From Salpingoeca rosetta (taxonomy: Eukaryota > Protista > Choanoflagellata), in the NCBI GenBank assembly GCA_033442325.1, contig JAWQFM010000013.1, forward strand, positions 838,885 to 902,884: 64,000 bases of DNA, read 5' to 3'. Position numbers and translations under genes: made by a program. Positions 63,851 through 64,000 of this stretch are shown piece after piece (within the stretch, counting starts at the first letter, position 1; every line of letters starts with the position of its first letter). The notes beneath the pieces are model-generated. The model searched no databases and was not told the DNA's origin. It saw only the letters and a list, made by a program, of their open reading frames with translations.

Positions 63851-64000
63851 GCAGGATGTCTGCTCCACGGCCGTCACAGCCCAGGTCGGAGCACCCGCTC
63901 ATCTTGAAGCATTCGACGGCATCGCGGCACTCGGCATTTTGCTCGCACAGGAAGGATTCAATGCGGCAGGCGACGCAATATGGACCCACAGCATCGCCCA
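61851..64000 (-). CDS. Type I membrane mucin-like protein (5' end outside the window): Cys-rich modules, Thr repeats, SEA-like region, TM, Tyr-motif tail
   Basis: Cys-rich exon at 63849-64000; large final exon ~63498-61851 with a T-rich repeat, a Cys-rich module, TM GGIIGIAIAGVVLLVIIVAVVM, and a tail with YSNPS, FENPLY, YDTV, YFD, YDS. Confidence 0.82.
63015..63350 (-). repeat. 48-bp coding tandem repeat x7 (TTTTTPVATKTTEGSD)
   Basis: Seven units differing mainly at synonymous ACC/ACT positions. Confidence 0.92.

Overview
Eukaryotic, GC-rich, intron-dense genomic DNA with introns packed with (CA)n/(TG)n microsatellites and eight N-gaps. Style and gene content fit a choanoflagellate draft genome such as Salpingoeca rosetta (inference, not verified). 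Most ORF-track entries are microsatellite or antisense noise, so genes were rebuilt by hand from GT-AG exons. In order: a secreted beta-helix protein (partial); an ankyrin + insulin-receptor-like tyrosine kinase + calponin-homology gene; PSMA5; SDA1; a Q/H-rich ORF with a His octapeptide repeat; DNAJC10/ERdj5; a BRI3-like small membrane protein; a PTB adaptor; a U2 snRNA gene; a DUF455 ferritin-like protein; a C/EBP-like bZIP; an unknown helical protein; an animal-type UGT; a TM + CHY-type zinc-finger protein; and a mucin-like receptor with an NPxY tail (partial). The most notable items are (1) a structurally intact but sequence-divergent U2 snRNA, (2) many introns with 5' (GT)n and 3' (CA)n arms that could fold back and replace a pyrimidine tract, and (3) the ANK-TK-CH architecture, whose kinase domain has an apparent internal deletion. 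Exon boundaries are hand-read and may be off by a few bases.
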